A stretch of DNA of 32,000 bases, from positions 2,401,650 through 2,433,649 of the forward strand of contig NZ_CP012036.1 of NCBI RefSeq assembly GCF_001298445.1, read 5' to 3'. How positions within the stretch are numbered: the first letter of the stretch is position 1; every line of letters begins with the position of its first letter. The notes under the pieces are model-generated. The model was not told the DNA's origin, searched no databases, and saw nothing but the letters and a program-made list of their open reading frames with translations. Shown here in pieces: positions 1 through 8,937 of the stretch. The DNA comes from Nostoc piscinale CENA21 (GTDB taxonomy: Bacteria > Cyanobacteriota > Cyanobacteriia > Cyanobacteriales > Nostocaceae). Both the position numbers and the translations under genes were made by a program.

Positions 1-712
1 GCGACGACAGACAATGCACCAGTTTGTGCAGATGGGGATTGTTGTGGAGAATCCTGATCAACCGGAGCGACCGATTAACAGCCCAAAATGGTGTTATCAG
101 CTTCATCAACAAGCATTGTCACTAATTAAATCCTATGGTTCTGCACAATGGGAAGAAGCTCGTCACAATTATGCTATTTCAGTGACAAATTTATTACAGG
201 ACAGAAAGCGAAATAGACCAATAATTCCTGTAACCTTACCTAATGGTCAAGCTATTCAGCTTTCATCAGGTGGACAGAACTTATTAATCAAGAACATTTT
301 AGAAAGTTTCTGTCCTAAATTTACACCAGGAGGTTTTGTGATTTATGTAGGTGATGCTGGGGATAAGTTTATTATCAATGAAACTCAGAAATTCCAAGAA
401 TTGGGAATTGAGATAGACACTCACGGTAAAATGCCAGATGTTGTAGTTTACTATGAACAACAAGACTGGCTGATATTAATAGAAGCTGTGACAAGTCATG
501 GCCCGGTAAACTTGAAACGTCGCAATGAATTACAGCAACTGTTTCAGTCTAGCCGTAAAGGATTAGTGTTTGTAACTGCCTTTCCCAGTCGTCAAGAAAT
601 GACTCGATATCTAGCTGAGATTTCTTGGGAAACAGAAGTGTGGATATCAGATCAACCTGATCACATGATTCATTTTAATGGGGAAAGATTTCTTGGCCCG
701 TATGAAAGTTAA
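1..712 (+). CDS. BsuBI/PstI-family type II restriction endonuclease, C-terminal portion (5' end outside window)
   Basis: The frame is open from the window edge to the first Met at 14. Motifs HGKMPDVV, WLILIEAVTSHGPV, KRRNEL, LVFVTAF, ISWETEVW and HMIHFNGERFLGPY match my recollection of the PF06616 family. No methyltransferase is visible in the window. Confidence 0.55.
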   Translation, partial: RRQTMHQFVQMGIVVENPDQPERPINSPKWCYQLHQQALSLIKSYGSAQWEEARHNYAISVTNLLQDRKRNRPIIPVTLPNGQAIQLSSGGQNLLIKNILESFCPKFTPGGFVIYVGDAGDKFIINETQKFQELGIEIDTHGKMPDVVVYYEQQDWLILIEAVTSHGPVNLKRRNELQQLFQSSRKGLVFVTAFPSRQEMTRYLAEISWETEVWISDQPDHMIHFNGERFLGPYES

Positions 713-978
713 AGTGTTTAACTAGCTATTTCAATCTCACTACTGTTATCTTTTTCAGTATTTCAAGTCTTCTCAAAATTCTGGCTGAAATCGAGCTTCA
801 CGATCGCCTTTACTCTCACCCTCAACACCCATACAGCCAGAATATCTTAATATAGCATCAGGATAGGGCTGGATTTTGGCTATCTTTAAAGACGATATGA
901 TACTGAATTTATGTAGGTATTTTGCTACGATCGCTGTTTAACTGACCTAACTGTGATAGTGGTAACTTTATAATAAAT

Positions 979-1353
979 ATGTTGGTAAAACGCAAAAGCC
1001 GTAGTATTGCTGCTATTCTCGCTTTTTCTGGTACGCTCACCGTCTCAGGATTACACAAGTTTTATTTGGGTCAGCCGTTGTGGGGGATTTTATATGTGCT
1101 GCTGTCTTGGACACCAATCCCCAAGGTGGCTAGTGCGATTGAAGGTGTGTGGTATTTAGCCTTAGATGAGGAAGCTTTTGACCGAAATTTTAATCAGGGT
1201 AAGTCGGCTGTCAAGTTTTCTCAATCAGCCAGTAATCAGGTAGAAACGGTGGCGAATGCTTTGCGCGAACTTGATGCGCTGCGTCAAGATGGTCTAATTT
1301 CAGAATATGAATTTGAGCAAAAACGCCGTCAGCTACTCGACCAAATTTCTTGA
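979..1353 (+). CDS. TM2-domain membrane protein with SHOCT-like C-terminal motif
   Basis: Two hydrophobic helices (AAILAFSGTLTVSGLHKFYLG and WGILYVLLSWTPIP). The C-terminal LRQDGLISEYEFEQKRRQLL resembles the SHOCT motif. Confidence 0.55.
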   Translation: MLVKRKSRSIAAILAFSGTLTVSGLHKFYLGQPLWGILYVLLSWTPIPKVASAIEGVWYLALDEEAFDRNFNQGKSAVKFSQSASNQVETVANALRELDALRQDGLISEYEFEQKRRQLLDQIS

Positions 1354-1512
1354 TACAAAAGAATTGAGAATTCAGGAGTCAGAATTCAGAATAATTTGGG
1401 CGTTTTTACAAGAAAATGGAAATAACCAGCGTCTGAAAGTTGTAAAACCTTTGTGTAGCCATTCTGATTACTGATTTCTGGCTTCTGGATACTGTTTACG
1501 TCAGCAAAGATA

Positions 1513-2046
1513 ATGCACAACTGGCTACCTCTAAACTTTAAGTTACAAAAACTCCGCGCCAAATTGCTCAATGATCCTTATTATCGGTTGCAGTCTGGTG
1601 AAGAAATTCAAATAGCGGCGCAATTGGGTATTCGGATTGATGTGAATCAAGCAACGGTGGATGATTGGTTGCGCTTACCGGGTTTGTCGATTCACCAAGC
1701 GCGATCGCTTGTCGAACTTTCTCGTTCTGGGGTTAAATTTTACTGTATCGAAGATATTGCCGCCGCTTTGAGTTTACCTGTGCAGCGTCTCAAACCTTTA
1801 GAACCACTGCTGCATTTTGTTTACTACGACAATGAGTCTCTGGTTCATTCAAATCATTTAGTTAATCCCAACACCGCTACAGTCGAGATGTTGGCGCAAA
1901 CGCCATTGATTGATTTGTCCCTGGCTCAAGCAGTGGTGGAAAATCGCCAAGCTTATGGACTATATCGTAATATCGCTGATTTTCAACAAAGATTGCAGTT
2001 ACCTGCGGAAGCGATCGCACAATTAATGTATTTTTTGCGGTTTTAA
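1513..2046 (+). CDS. ComEA-like helix-hairpin-helix DNA-binding protein
   Basis: Two HhH-type segments (VNQATVDDWLRLPGLSIHQARSLVE and VNPNTATVEMLAQTPLIDLSLAQAVVENR). No N-terminal TM segment. Confidence 0.5.
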   Translation: MHNWLPLNFKLQKLRAKLLNDPYYRLQSGEEIQIAAQLGIRIDVNQATVDDWLRLPGLSIHQARSLVELSRSGVKFYCIEDIAAALSLPVQRLKPLEPLLHFVYYDNESLVHSNHLVNPNTATVEMLAQTPLIDLSLAQAVVENRQAYGLYRNIADFQQRLQLPAEAIAQLMYFLRF

Positions 2047-2905
2047 TTCATTGTGGTGTGTTGTTGGTCATCTGCTATTTCTGAACTAAATTCAGTAAGC
2101 ATACACAGCTTTATCAAATTATTTATTAATTAAAAGATCCCTTTTAGTAAATTATTGATCCCTGTTTTATTCTATCAGGCAGGGATAATAATTTTATAGC
2201 AAGTGCCAGCTAGATTAAGATAAAACTAATCGTCAAACACTTATACCAAGAGACTTTCCAGCTTATCTCCTATTTCCTACTATATGACTTTTTTGCGTCT
2301 TTATTATGTCTGTCTACCCGTATCAGCTTCCTTTCTCTTGCTAACAATTGGTGAGATATTTTCTTGACTCTAGGGACTTTATCACTAATTGTCAAGAAAT
2401 GATGATATTTATCTAGCATGATTCATGAAAACTTATTTCCCGAAATATTTGATATATATATCATCTTGGTTACAAAGTGTTAAGAAATTCTTATTAAAAA
2501 ATATTGCTGCTACTTGATTTTGTTGTTAACGTGTGTTTAGCAACGCTGCTGATCAATGCTCTGAATCTAAAAGAGGTAAAAATTATGAGCCATATCCATT
2601 CAGCCAATTGCTGGAAGTATTGATGAAGTTCCGAAGCCTTGCATAGAAAAGGGACTAGTACAACAAGGCAAAAGTTAAAAGGAAAAAGAAAGATAGGTAC
2701 TAGGATTTTTACTCAGCACTTTCAAGTCAGAAGATTTCTGCAATGCAGATTAAACCAAAAATCTCCATTGCAAATAGCTGAGTTTTCTTCTGAAGTCAAC
2801 AAGGATAGATGATTTGTCTTACCTGCGGAAAATGAGGAACCGTAATTGCGTCTATTTACAAACACAAAACGCGGGTTAAGACTTAAATTCTGGAGATAAA
2901 AACCG

Positions 2906-3787
2906 ATGAAGATTCAAGGTAATGTTGCTCTAATTACGGGGGCTTCTCGCGGTATTGGCAAAGCGATCGCCCTTGCCCTGGCACAACAAGGGATGAAAAG
3001 ATTAATTTTAGTAGCACGCGATCGCCAAAAGTTAACCCAAGTCGCTCAAGAAATTGCAGCGATGGGAACAGAAGCCGTCATTATCCCGCTAGATTTAACC
3101 CGCGCTACAGATGTAAATATTGCTGTAGCTCAATTGTGGCGCAATCATGGCCCGATTCATCTGCTGGTGAATTGTGCTGGTGTTGCTTATCAAACCTCAT
3201 TTTTGCGTTCCAAACTTCCCCAACTCCAAGAAGAACTGTCGGTGAATTTGTTGGGAATGTATACCCTCACCAGTTTGATTGCGCGACGCATGGCCAGCCA
3301 AAAACAAGGGACAATTGTCAATGTCTCTAGCTTAATGGGGAAAGTCGCTGCACCAACAATGGCAACATATTCAGCTACAAAGTTTGCCATCTTAGGATTT
3401 ACCCAAGCCTTGCGTCAAGAATTAGCCGAGTACAATATTCAAGTCAAAGCCTTATTACCTTCTCTCACCGACACAGATATGGTGCGTGACTTGCAACTAT
3501 TCCGTTGGGTGATTCCGATGACACCCCAACAAGTAGCGCAAGCATTGATAGTCGGATTGCAGAATGATGCACCAGAAATTTTAGTTGGATGGCAAAGTCA
3601 TTTAGCTGTGTGGTGTCAACGCCTCGCCCCTTGGTTGTTAGAGTTAATTTTGAAAATCGCCGCGCCACCAGCACCAAGAAAGCAGCAAGTTGTCGAAAAA
3701 CCCAGTTTATTCACCCGTATCAATCGTTTTTGCGATGTTTTGTTATCCAGAAACGCAACTCGTTTGGTAACTGCACGTAAGTCTTAA
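2906..3787 (+). CDS. short-chain dehydrogenase/reductase (SDR) family oxidoreductase
   Basis: Rossmann motif TGASRGIGKAIA near the N-terminus, NCAG, and the catalytic S...YSATK motif. A GGAG lies upstream of the ATG. Confidence 0.85.
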   Translation: MKIQGNVALITGASRGIGKAIALALAQQGMKRLILVARDRQKLTQVAQEIAAMGTEAVIIPLDLTRATDVNIAVAQLWRNHGPIHLLVNCAGVAYQTSFLRSKLPQLQEELSVNLLGMYTLTSLIARRMASQKQGTIVNVSSLMGKVAAPTMATYSATKFAILGFTQALRQELAEYNIQVKALLPSLTDTDMVRDLQLFRWVIPMTPQQVAQALIVGLQNDAPEILVGWQSHLAVWCQRLAPWLLELILKIAAPPAPRKQQVVEKPSLFTRINRFCDVLLSRNATRLVTARKS

Positions 3788-3832
3788 AAGATTCTGGGAC
3801 GCGATCGCCTACTGCAACAATAAAGATACAGT

Positions 3833-5347
3833 ATGAGGGATGAAAAGTTTTATTCCTCATACTTTATGCTGTCTGTTCCTACACATCTCCCGCCAGAAAT
3901 CGTTGACGGTTTACCAAATATTTCTGGTTGGGAGAAAGAAGTTCTTGCGGTAGTGAATCACAACGAACCTGTTTTTTTACCCTCAACTAATCTCAGGTTA
4001 GAGGATATTAATGCAGTATTTGCGATCGCCTTACACATGCACCAGCCGACTATCCCCGCAGGATACAACGGCGGACTGATCAGCAATCTGCAATATATGT
4101 TTGAACATCCCCACGAAGGCGACAACCACAACGCCGCGCCTTTTGCTTATTGCTATAGCCGGATGGGTGATTTCATTCCTGAACTTGTCAGTCAAGGTTG
4201 CAATCCCCGCGTCATGTTAGATTACTCTGGCAATTTGTTGTGGGGATTACGTCAAATGGGACGCAATGACATCCTCGACAACCTCAAAAAAATTACTTGC
4301 GATACTGCTTATCAACCTTACGTCGAATGGTTGGGGACAATGTGGAGTCACGCTGTTGTTCCTTCCACACCAATACCCGATATTAAATTGCATATTTTAG
4401 CTTGGCAACAACATTTTGCTGCTATTTTTGGCTGGGAAGCATTGGCAAGAGTCAAAGGATTTTCACCGCCAGAAATGCACTTACCAAATCACCCTGATAC
4501 TTTATTTGAATTTGTAAAATCTCTCAAAGAATGTGGCTATCGCTGGTTATTAGTCCAAGAACATTCTGTAGAAACACTCAATGGTGAACCTCTCAGATAT
4601 AAACACTTACCACACTGTTTAATAGCGCGTAACTCTCAAGGCGAAACAATTAGTATTACAGCCTTAATTAAAACTCAAGGTTCTGATACAAAATTAGTTG
4701 CTCAAATGCAGCCATACTACGAAGCTAAAACACTATCCAAACAACAAATAGGTAATGTATTAGTACCACCAATAGTTAGTCAAATTGGTGATGGTGAAAA
4801 TGGCGGCGTAATGATGAATGAATTTCCCAGTGCTTTCAAACAAGCTTGGTGGGATATGGTTAATCATGGCGGTGGTAAATCTGGTGTTGTCGGGATGTGT
4901 GGTACAGAATATTTAGAGTTAATTACAGCCGCAGGTTGTAACCCGGAAGATTATCCGACTTGTCAGCCAGTAGGACAGCATCAAATTTGGCAAAGAGTTG
5001 CACCCGATAATTGTCAACTCGAAGCTGTTGAAAATGCCATTCAAGAATTAAAGCAAAGCAATCCTAATTTTCATGTAGATGGTGCTTCTTGGACAAATCA
5101 TATTAGTTGGGTGAAAGGATATGAAAATGTATTGTCTCCGATGAATCAACTCAGCAGTTTGTTTCATGAAAAACTCCTAAATAATGAGTCGGGAGAGATT
5201 ACTAAACAATCCCAATACCGTCAGGCATTAATATATAATTTATTGCTGCAAACTAGCTGTTTTCGCTATTGGGGACAAGGCACTTGGACAGATTATGCTA
5301 AAGCAATTTATCAAAGGGGAGAAGCTCTATTGCAAGCAAATTTTTAA
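3833..5347 (+). CDS. glycoside hydrolase family 57-like protein
   Basis: AIALHMHQP (the HxHQP signature of GH57 region I) and a size of about 500 aa. The start could instead be the Met at 3863. Confidence 0.6.
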   Translation: MRDEKFYSSYFMLSVPTHLPPEIVDGLPNISGWEKEVLAVVNHNEPVFLPSTNLRLEDINAVFAIALHMHQPTIPAGYNGGLISNLQYMFEHPHEGDNHNAAPFAYCYSRMGDFIPELVSQGCNPRVMLDYSGNLLWGLRQMGRNDILDNLKKITCDTAYQPYVEWLGTMWSHAVVPSTPIPDIKLHILAWQQHFAAIFGWEALARVKGFSPPEMHLPNHPDTLFEFVKSLKECGYRWLLVQEHSVETLNGEPLRYKHLPHCLIARNSQGETISITALIKTQGSDTKLVAQMQPYYEAKTLSKQQIGNVLVPPIVSQIGDGENGGVMMNEFPSAFKQAWWDMVNHGGGKSGVVGMCGTEYLELITAAGCNPEDYPTCQPVGQHQIWQRVAPDNCQLEAVENAIQELKQSNPNFHVDGASWTNHISWVKGYENVLSPMNQLSSLFHEKLLNNESGEITKQSQYRQALIYNLLLQTSCFRYWGQGTWTDYAKAIYQRGEALLQANF

Positions 5348-5352
5348 ATTCT

Positions 5353-5467
5353 AGGACTTACGCACAAGTGCTGCAATATCGTAGACGTGCAAGCGGCTTC
5401 CCAGGGTACCGCAGAGGCGCAGAGGACGCAGAGGTATGAGAGTTTGGAGGAATATTGCGTAAGTCCT
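5353..5467. mobile_element. MITE-like element bounded by AGGACTTACGCA / TGCGTAAGTCCT inverted repeats
   Basis: Perfect 12-nt terminal inverted repeat at 5353-5364 and 5456-5467, with internal CGCAGAGG-type repeats. Solo right ends recur at 7209-7222 and 30463-30476. Confidence 0.45.
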
Positions 5468-5488
5468 GAAGCAATCAAATGTTGTTTG

Positions 5489-5603
5489 TTTACATCTTGC
5501 ACTAAGTGACTGAAGTCACAGTTATACAGACAAAATTCTTGATTTTATTTTAGTCCGCGCAGGCGGACTTAGTTTTTATAGCCGCGAATTCCATTCGTCG
5601 GGG
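5489..5603. repeat. dispersed repeat family C (TTTACATCTTGCAC..GACTGAAGTC..GTCCGCGCAGGCGGAC)
   Basis: Its first ~45 nt align with 16762-16806. It contains the small hairpins GTGACTGAAGTCAC and GTCCGCGCAGGCGGAC. It is absent from the equivalent leader of the downstream paralogue. Confidence 0.5.
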
Positions 5604-5706
5604 CTTGTAAATTTAATTAAATGTTATTCAAATGATTACTTAAGTTGAATTAAAATTATTACAAATAGTTTAATTTGAATTTAGATAAAAATATTGAGTA
5701 AAAAAA

Positions 5707-7092
5707 ATGTTGTGGCACAAATGGCAACTATTATTAGGAACTGCGGCATTAGTATTGCCATTAACGTTTAGTTTAGCTCACCCAAGGATAGGAATAAATC
5801 AGGCGATCGCTCAAAATTCCATTCCAGTAAAACGCCAACATCGTACAGCACTCATTATTGGTAATTCCAATTATAAATCAGCCGATACATTAGTTAATCC
5901 TGTCAACGATGCAACGGATATTGCTAATTCTCTACGCCAATTAGGATTTGATGTGACTCTCCTCAAAGATGCAGATTTAAGACAGATGGAAGAAGCCATC
6001 GAAAAGTTTAATCGCCAACTGCGTCAAGGAGGAGTAGGATTATTTTACTTTGCTGGTCATGGAGTGCAAGTAGATGGAGAAAATTATTTAATACCTGTCA
6101 ATGCGCGACTAGAACGTGAACAAGATGTACGTTATGAAGCGATGGCGATGGGTAAAGTTCTAAACGTCATGGAAGATGCAAATAACGATGTCAATTTTAT
6201 TATTTTAGATGCTTGTCGGAATAATCCCTTCGCGCGACAATGGCGATCGCTCCAACGTGGTTTAGCCGCACCAATACAATCTGTTAAAGGTACACTCATT
6301 GCCTATTCTACTGCACCAGGGACAGTTGCTTTTGATGGCGATGGACGCAACAGCCCCTACACTACAGCTTTGTTACGCAATATGAAGGCTCCAAATTTAG
6401 ATGTGGAGCAAATGTTTAAACAAGTCAGGGCTGATGTTCTTAATACAACTAATGGCAAACAAACACCTTGGGAATCTTCGTCTTTAATTGGTTCTTTTGC
6501 TTTTAATTCAACAAATGATAGTAACAGAAATAATATGACATCTTCTGTTACAACACCTCAATCACCGCGCAATCAAGAAATCATTACCACTCCATCACCT
6601 CAAATTACATCGCCTACTACCCAGCCATTGACTGCAACCAGAACAACATATTTTGCTCAACAGCCAAGTTTAGTAGAAGTCACAACCAATGACAATCAAG
6701 CTAAAGCTTTAGGCGCAACTTATTACTTTACAGTTAATCTACCAGAAGGTGCTGGGACACCCCTCCAACAAATTACAATCAACCAGCGAGAAGGTGCAGA
6801 ATATATCCGTTTTCATCTCAAAGAAACTTCCGCCTTTAAAGGGGGGCGTTCTCAAAAAGGAGAAAAACTGCAACTAAAAGATATTAGCAGCGATCGCAAA
6901 ACTCAAACAGTATCTTTTACTTTTGATCCGCTAGTTTCACCTGGAACAAAAATTACCATTGGTTTAAAAGCCCAACAAAATCCCCAAAGAGGTGGTGTTT
7001 ATCTCTTTGGTGTTACCGCATTACCAATGGGAGAAAAGCCTCATGGTCAATTTTTGGGTTTTGGCAGATTACAGTTTTATCAACATATTTAA
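5707..7092 (+). CDS. orthocaspase (peptidase C14) with signal-like N-terminus and DUF2808-like C-terminal domain, copy 1
   Basis: Hydrophobic N-terminus WQLLLGTAALVLPLTFSLA. Catalytic His in FYFAGHG and Cys in IILDACRNNPF. The C-terminal GATYYFTV..LQQITINQ..GVYLFGVTA..GQFLGFGRL resembles cyanobacterial DUF2808 (from memory). Confidence 0.85.
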   Translation: MLWHKWQLLLGTAALVLPLTFSLAHPRIGINQAIAQNSIPVKRQHRTALIIGNSNYKSADTLVNPVNDATDIANSLRQLGFDVTLLKDADLRQMEEAIEKFNRQLRQGGVGLFYFAGHGVQVDGENYLIPVNARLEREQDVRYEAMAMGKVLNVMEDANNDVNFIILDACRNNPFARQWRSLQRGLAAPIQSVKGTLIAYSTAPGTVAFDGDGRNSPYTTALLRNMKAPNLDVEQMFKQVRADVLNTTNGKQTPWESSSLIGSFAFNSTNDSNRNNMTSSVTTPQSPRNQEIITTPSPQITSPTTQPLTATRTTYFAQQPSLVEVTTNDNQAKALGATYYFTVNLPEGAGTPLQQITINQREGAEYIRFHLKETSAFKGGRSQKGEKLQLKDISSDRKTQTVSFTFDPLVSPGTKITIGLKAQQNPQRGGVYLFGVTALPMGEKPHGQFLGFGRLQFYQHI

Positions 7093-7375
7093 TTTAAGTA
7101 AGCAGAAGGACGTTCGCGGAAGCGTGGCCGTCAGGCTGGAGATCAATCAGTGTTTGAAGTCACAAACAAATACTTTTCAAATAACCTCTGAGAGTTGTAG
7201 AGAAATATTGCGTAAGTCCTGAAATAATCAAATATTGTTTGTGTAGGTATGTTCAGCTTACCTTAGAGGTTTACTTGTAAACTTAATTAAATCTTCTTCA
7301 AATGATTACTTAATGTGAATTAAAATTGTTACAAATAATTTAACTTGAATTTAAATAAAAATACTGAGTAACAAA

Positions 7376-8737
7376 ATGTTGTGGCACAAATGGCAACTAT
7401 TGTTAGGAACTGTGGCATTAGTATTACCATTAACGTTTAGTTTAGCTCACCCAAGGATCAAGATAAACGGAGCGATCGCAGCCAAAGCCATTGCCCAAAA
7501 TCCTATCCTTGCACAACGTCAACACCGTACTGCACTGATTATTGGCAATTCCAATTACACATCAGCAGACACATTAGCCAATCCTGTCAACGATGCGACA
7601 GATATTGCTAACTCCTTACAGCGATTGGGATTTGATGTCACTCTCCTCAAAGATGCAGATTTGAGACAAATGGAAGAAGCCATTGACAAGTTTAATCGCC
7701 AACTGCGTCAGGGAGGAGTAGGATTATTTTACTTTGCTGGACATGGACTACAGGTAGACGGAGAAAATTATTTAATACCAGTCAATGCGCGGCTAGAAAG
7801 AGAACAAGATGTACGTTACGAAGCGATGGCGATGGGTAAAGTTCTGAATGTGATGGAAGATGCAGCTAACGATGCTAACTTTATTATTTTAGATGCCTGT
7901 CGAAATAATCCCTTCTCTCGTCAATGGCGTTCTCTACAACGCGGTTTAGCAGCACCAATACAATCTGTTAAAGGTACACTCATTGCTTATTCTACTGCAC
8001 CTGGAAAAGTTGCCTTAGATGGAGATGGGCGCAACAGCCCCTACACTACAGCTTTGTTACGCAGCCTGAAAGCTCCTAATCTAGATGTGGAGCAAATGTT
8101 TAAACAAGTGCGGGCTGATGTACTCCAAACAACTGACGGCAAACAAACACCTTGGGAATCTTCGTCTTTAGTTGGTTCTTTTGCTTTCAATCGGACAAAT
8201 GATGATAGTAAGATAGACAATTTACCACCTCCTACACCTCCAGCATCTCCTCCGACTCCACCAGTTGCAACAGGAACAACAGCTTTTGTCCAACCGCCGA
8301 GTTTAGTTGAGGTAACTATTAGTTATAGTCGAATTAAAAACTTGGGAGCCACCTATTACTTTACAGTTCATTTGCCAAAAAATGCTGGAACCACATTGCA
8401 ACAAATTACAATTAACCAGCCTGAAGGTGCAGAATATATTCGCTTCAATCTCAACGAGAGTATTGCTTTTAAAGGGACACGTTCTCAGCAAGGAGAAAAA
8501 CTAGAATTAAAAGATATTAGCAGCGACGAAAAAAACCAAAAAGTATCATTTACTTTTGAGCCTGCTGTGTCTCCTGGTACGGAAATTACTATTGCTTTAA
8601 AAGCTATGCAGAATCCTCAAAAAAGTGGTGTTTATAGCTTTGGAGTTACAGCATTTCCATTGGGGGAAACAGGCAATGGTCAATTTCTTGGTTTTGGTAA
8701 ATTCAATTTTATTACTAAATCTCACACTAATTCGTAG
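7376..8737 (+). CDS. orthocaspase (peptidase C14) with signal-like N-terminus and DUF2808-like C-terminal domain, copy 2
   Basis: Same architecture as 5707-7092 with a near-identical N-terminus and protease core. It has a Pro-rich linker (PPPTPPASPPTPP) and a diverged C-terminal domain. Confidence 0.85.
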   Translation: MLWHKWQLLLGTVALVLPLTFSLAHPRIKINGAIAAKAIAQNPILAQRQHRTALIIGNSNYTSADTLANPVNDATDIANSLQRLGFDVTLLKDADLRQMEEAIDKFNRQLRQGGVGLFYFAGHGLQVDGENYLIPVNARLEREQDVRYEAMAMGKVLNVMEDAANDANFIILDACRNNPFSRQWRSLQRGLAAPIQSVKGTLIAYSTAPGKVALDGDGRNSPYTTALLRSLKAPNLDVEQMFKQVRADVLQTTDGKQTPWESSSLVGSFAFNRTNDDSKIDNLPPPTPPASPPTPPVATGTTAFVQPPSLVEVTISYSRIKNLGATYYFTVHLPKNAGTTLQQITINQPEGAEYIRFNLNESIAFKGTRSQQGEKLELKDISSDEKNQKVSFTFEPAVSPGTEITIALKAMQNPQKSGVYSFGVTAFPLGETGNGQFLGFGKFNFITKSHTNS

Positions 8738-8805
8738 ATTTTGATTAATAATGTTTTCTTTGTTTTTTATTTCATACTAATTCTTTATGAAGCTGCATAT
8801 AATTC

Positions 8806-8887
8806 GATCCCCTCTAGCCCCCCTTAAAAAAGGGGGAATAAGAAATTAAATCAAATTCACCCTTTTGAAGGGGGATTTAAGGGGATC
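8806..8887. mobile_element. MITE-like palindromic element, family A (GATCCCC..CCCCCTTAAAAAAGGGGG..GGGGATC), copy 1
   Basis: Terminal inverted GATCCCC/GGGGATC plus internal CCCCCTT-A(n)-AGGGGG hairpins. The flanks 8784-8805 and 8888-8910 are also roughly inverted. Confidence 0.6.
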
Positions 8888-8937
8888 TAAATATGTGTAA
8901 CTTCACATAAAATTGGTATCATTCTGATTAATATACT

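Noticed and set aside
1386-1571. 61-aa minus-strand ORF
   Set aside because: It overlaps the 5' end of the ComEA-like gene on the opposite strand and has no recognisable features.
3136-3780. Four 63-70-aa ORFs on both strands inside the SDR gene
   Set aside because: They are alternative-frame or antisense ORFs within a gene that has canonical SDR motifs in the annotated frame.
6992-7222. 76-aa plus-strand ORF spanning the end of orthocaspase copy 1 and the intergenic repeat
   Set aside because: It overlaps the conserved DUF2808-like C-terminus in another frame and then runs through repeat DNA. It is not duplicated with the rest of the unit.
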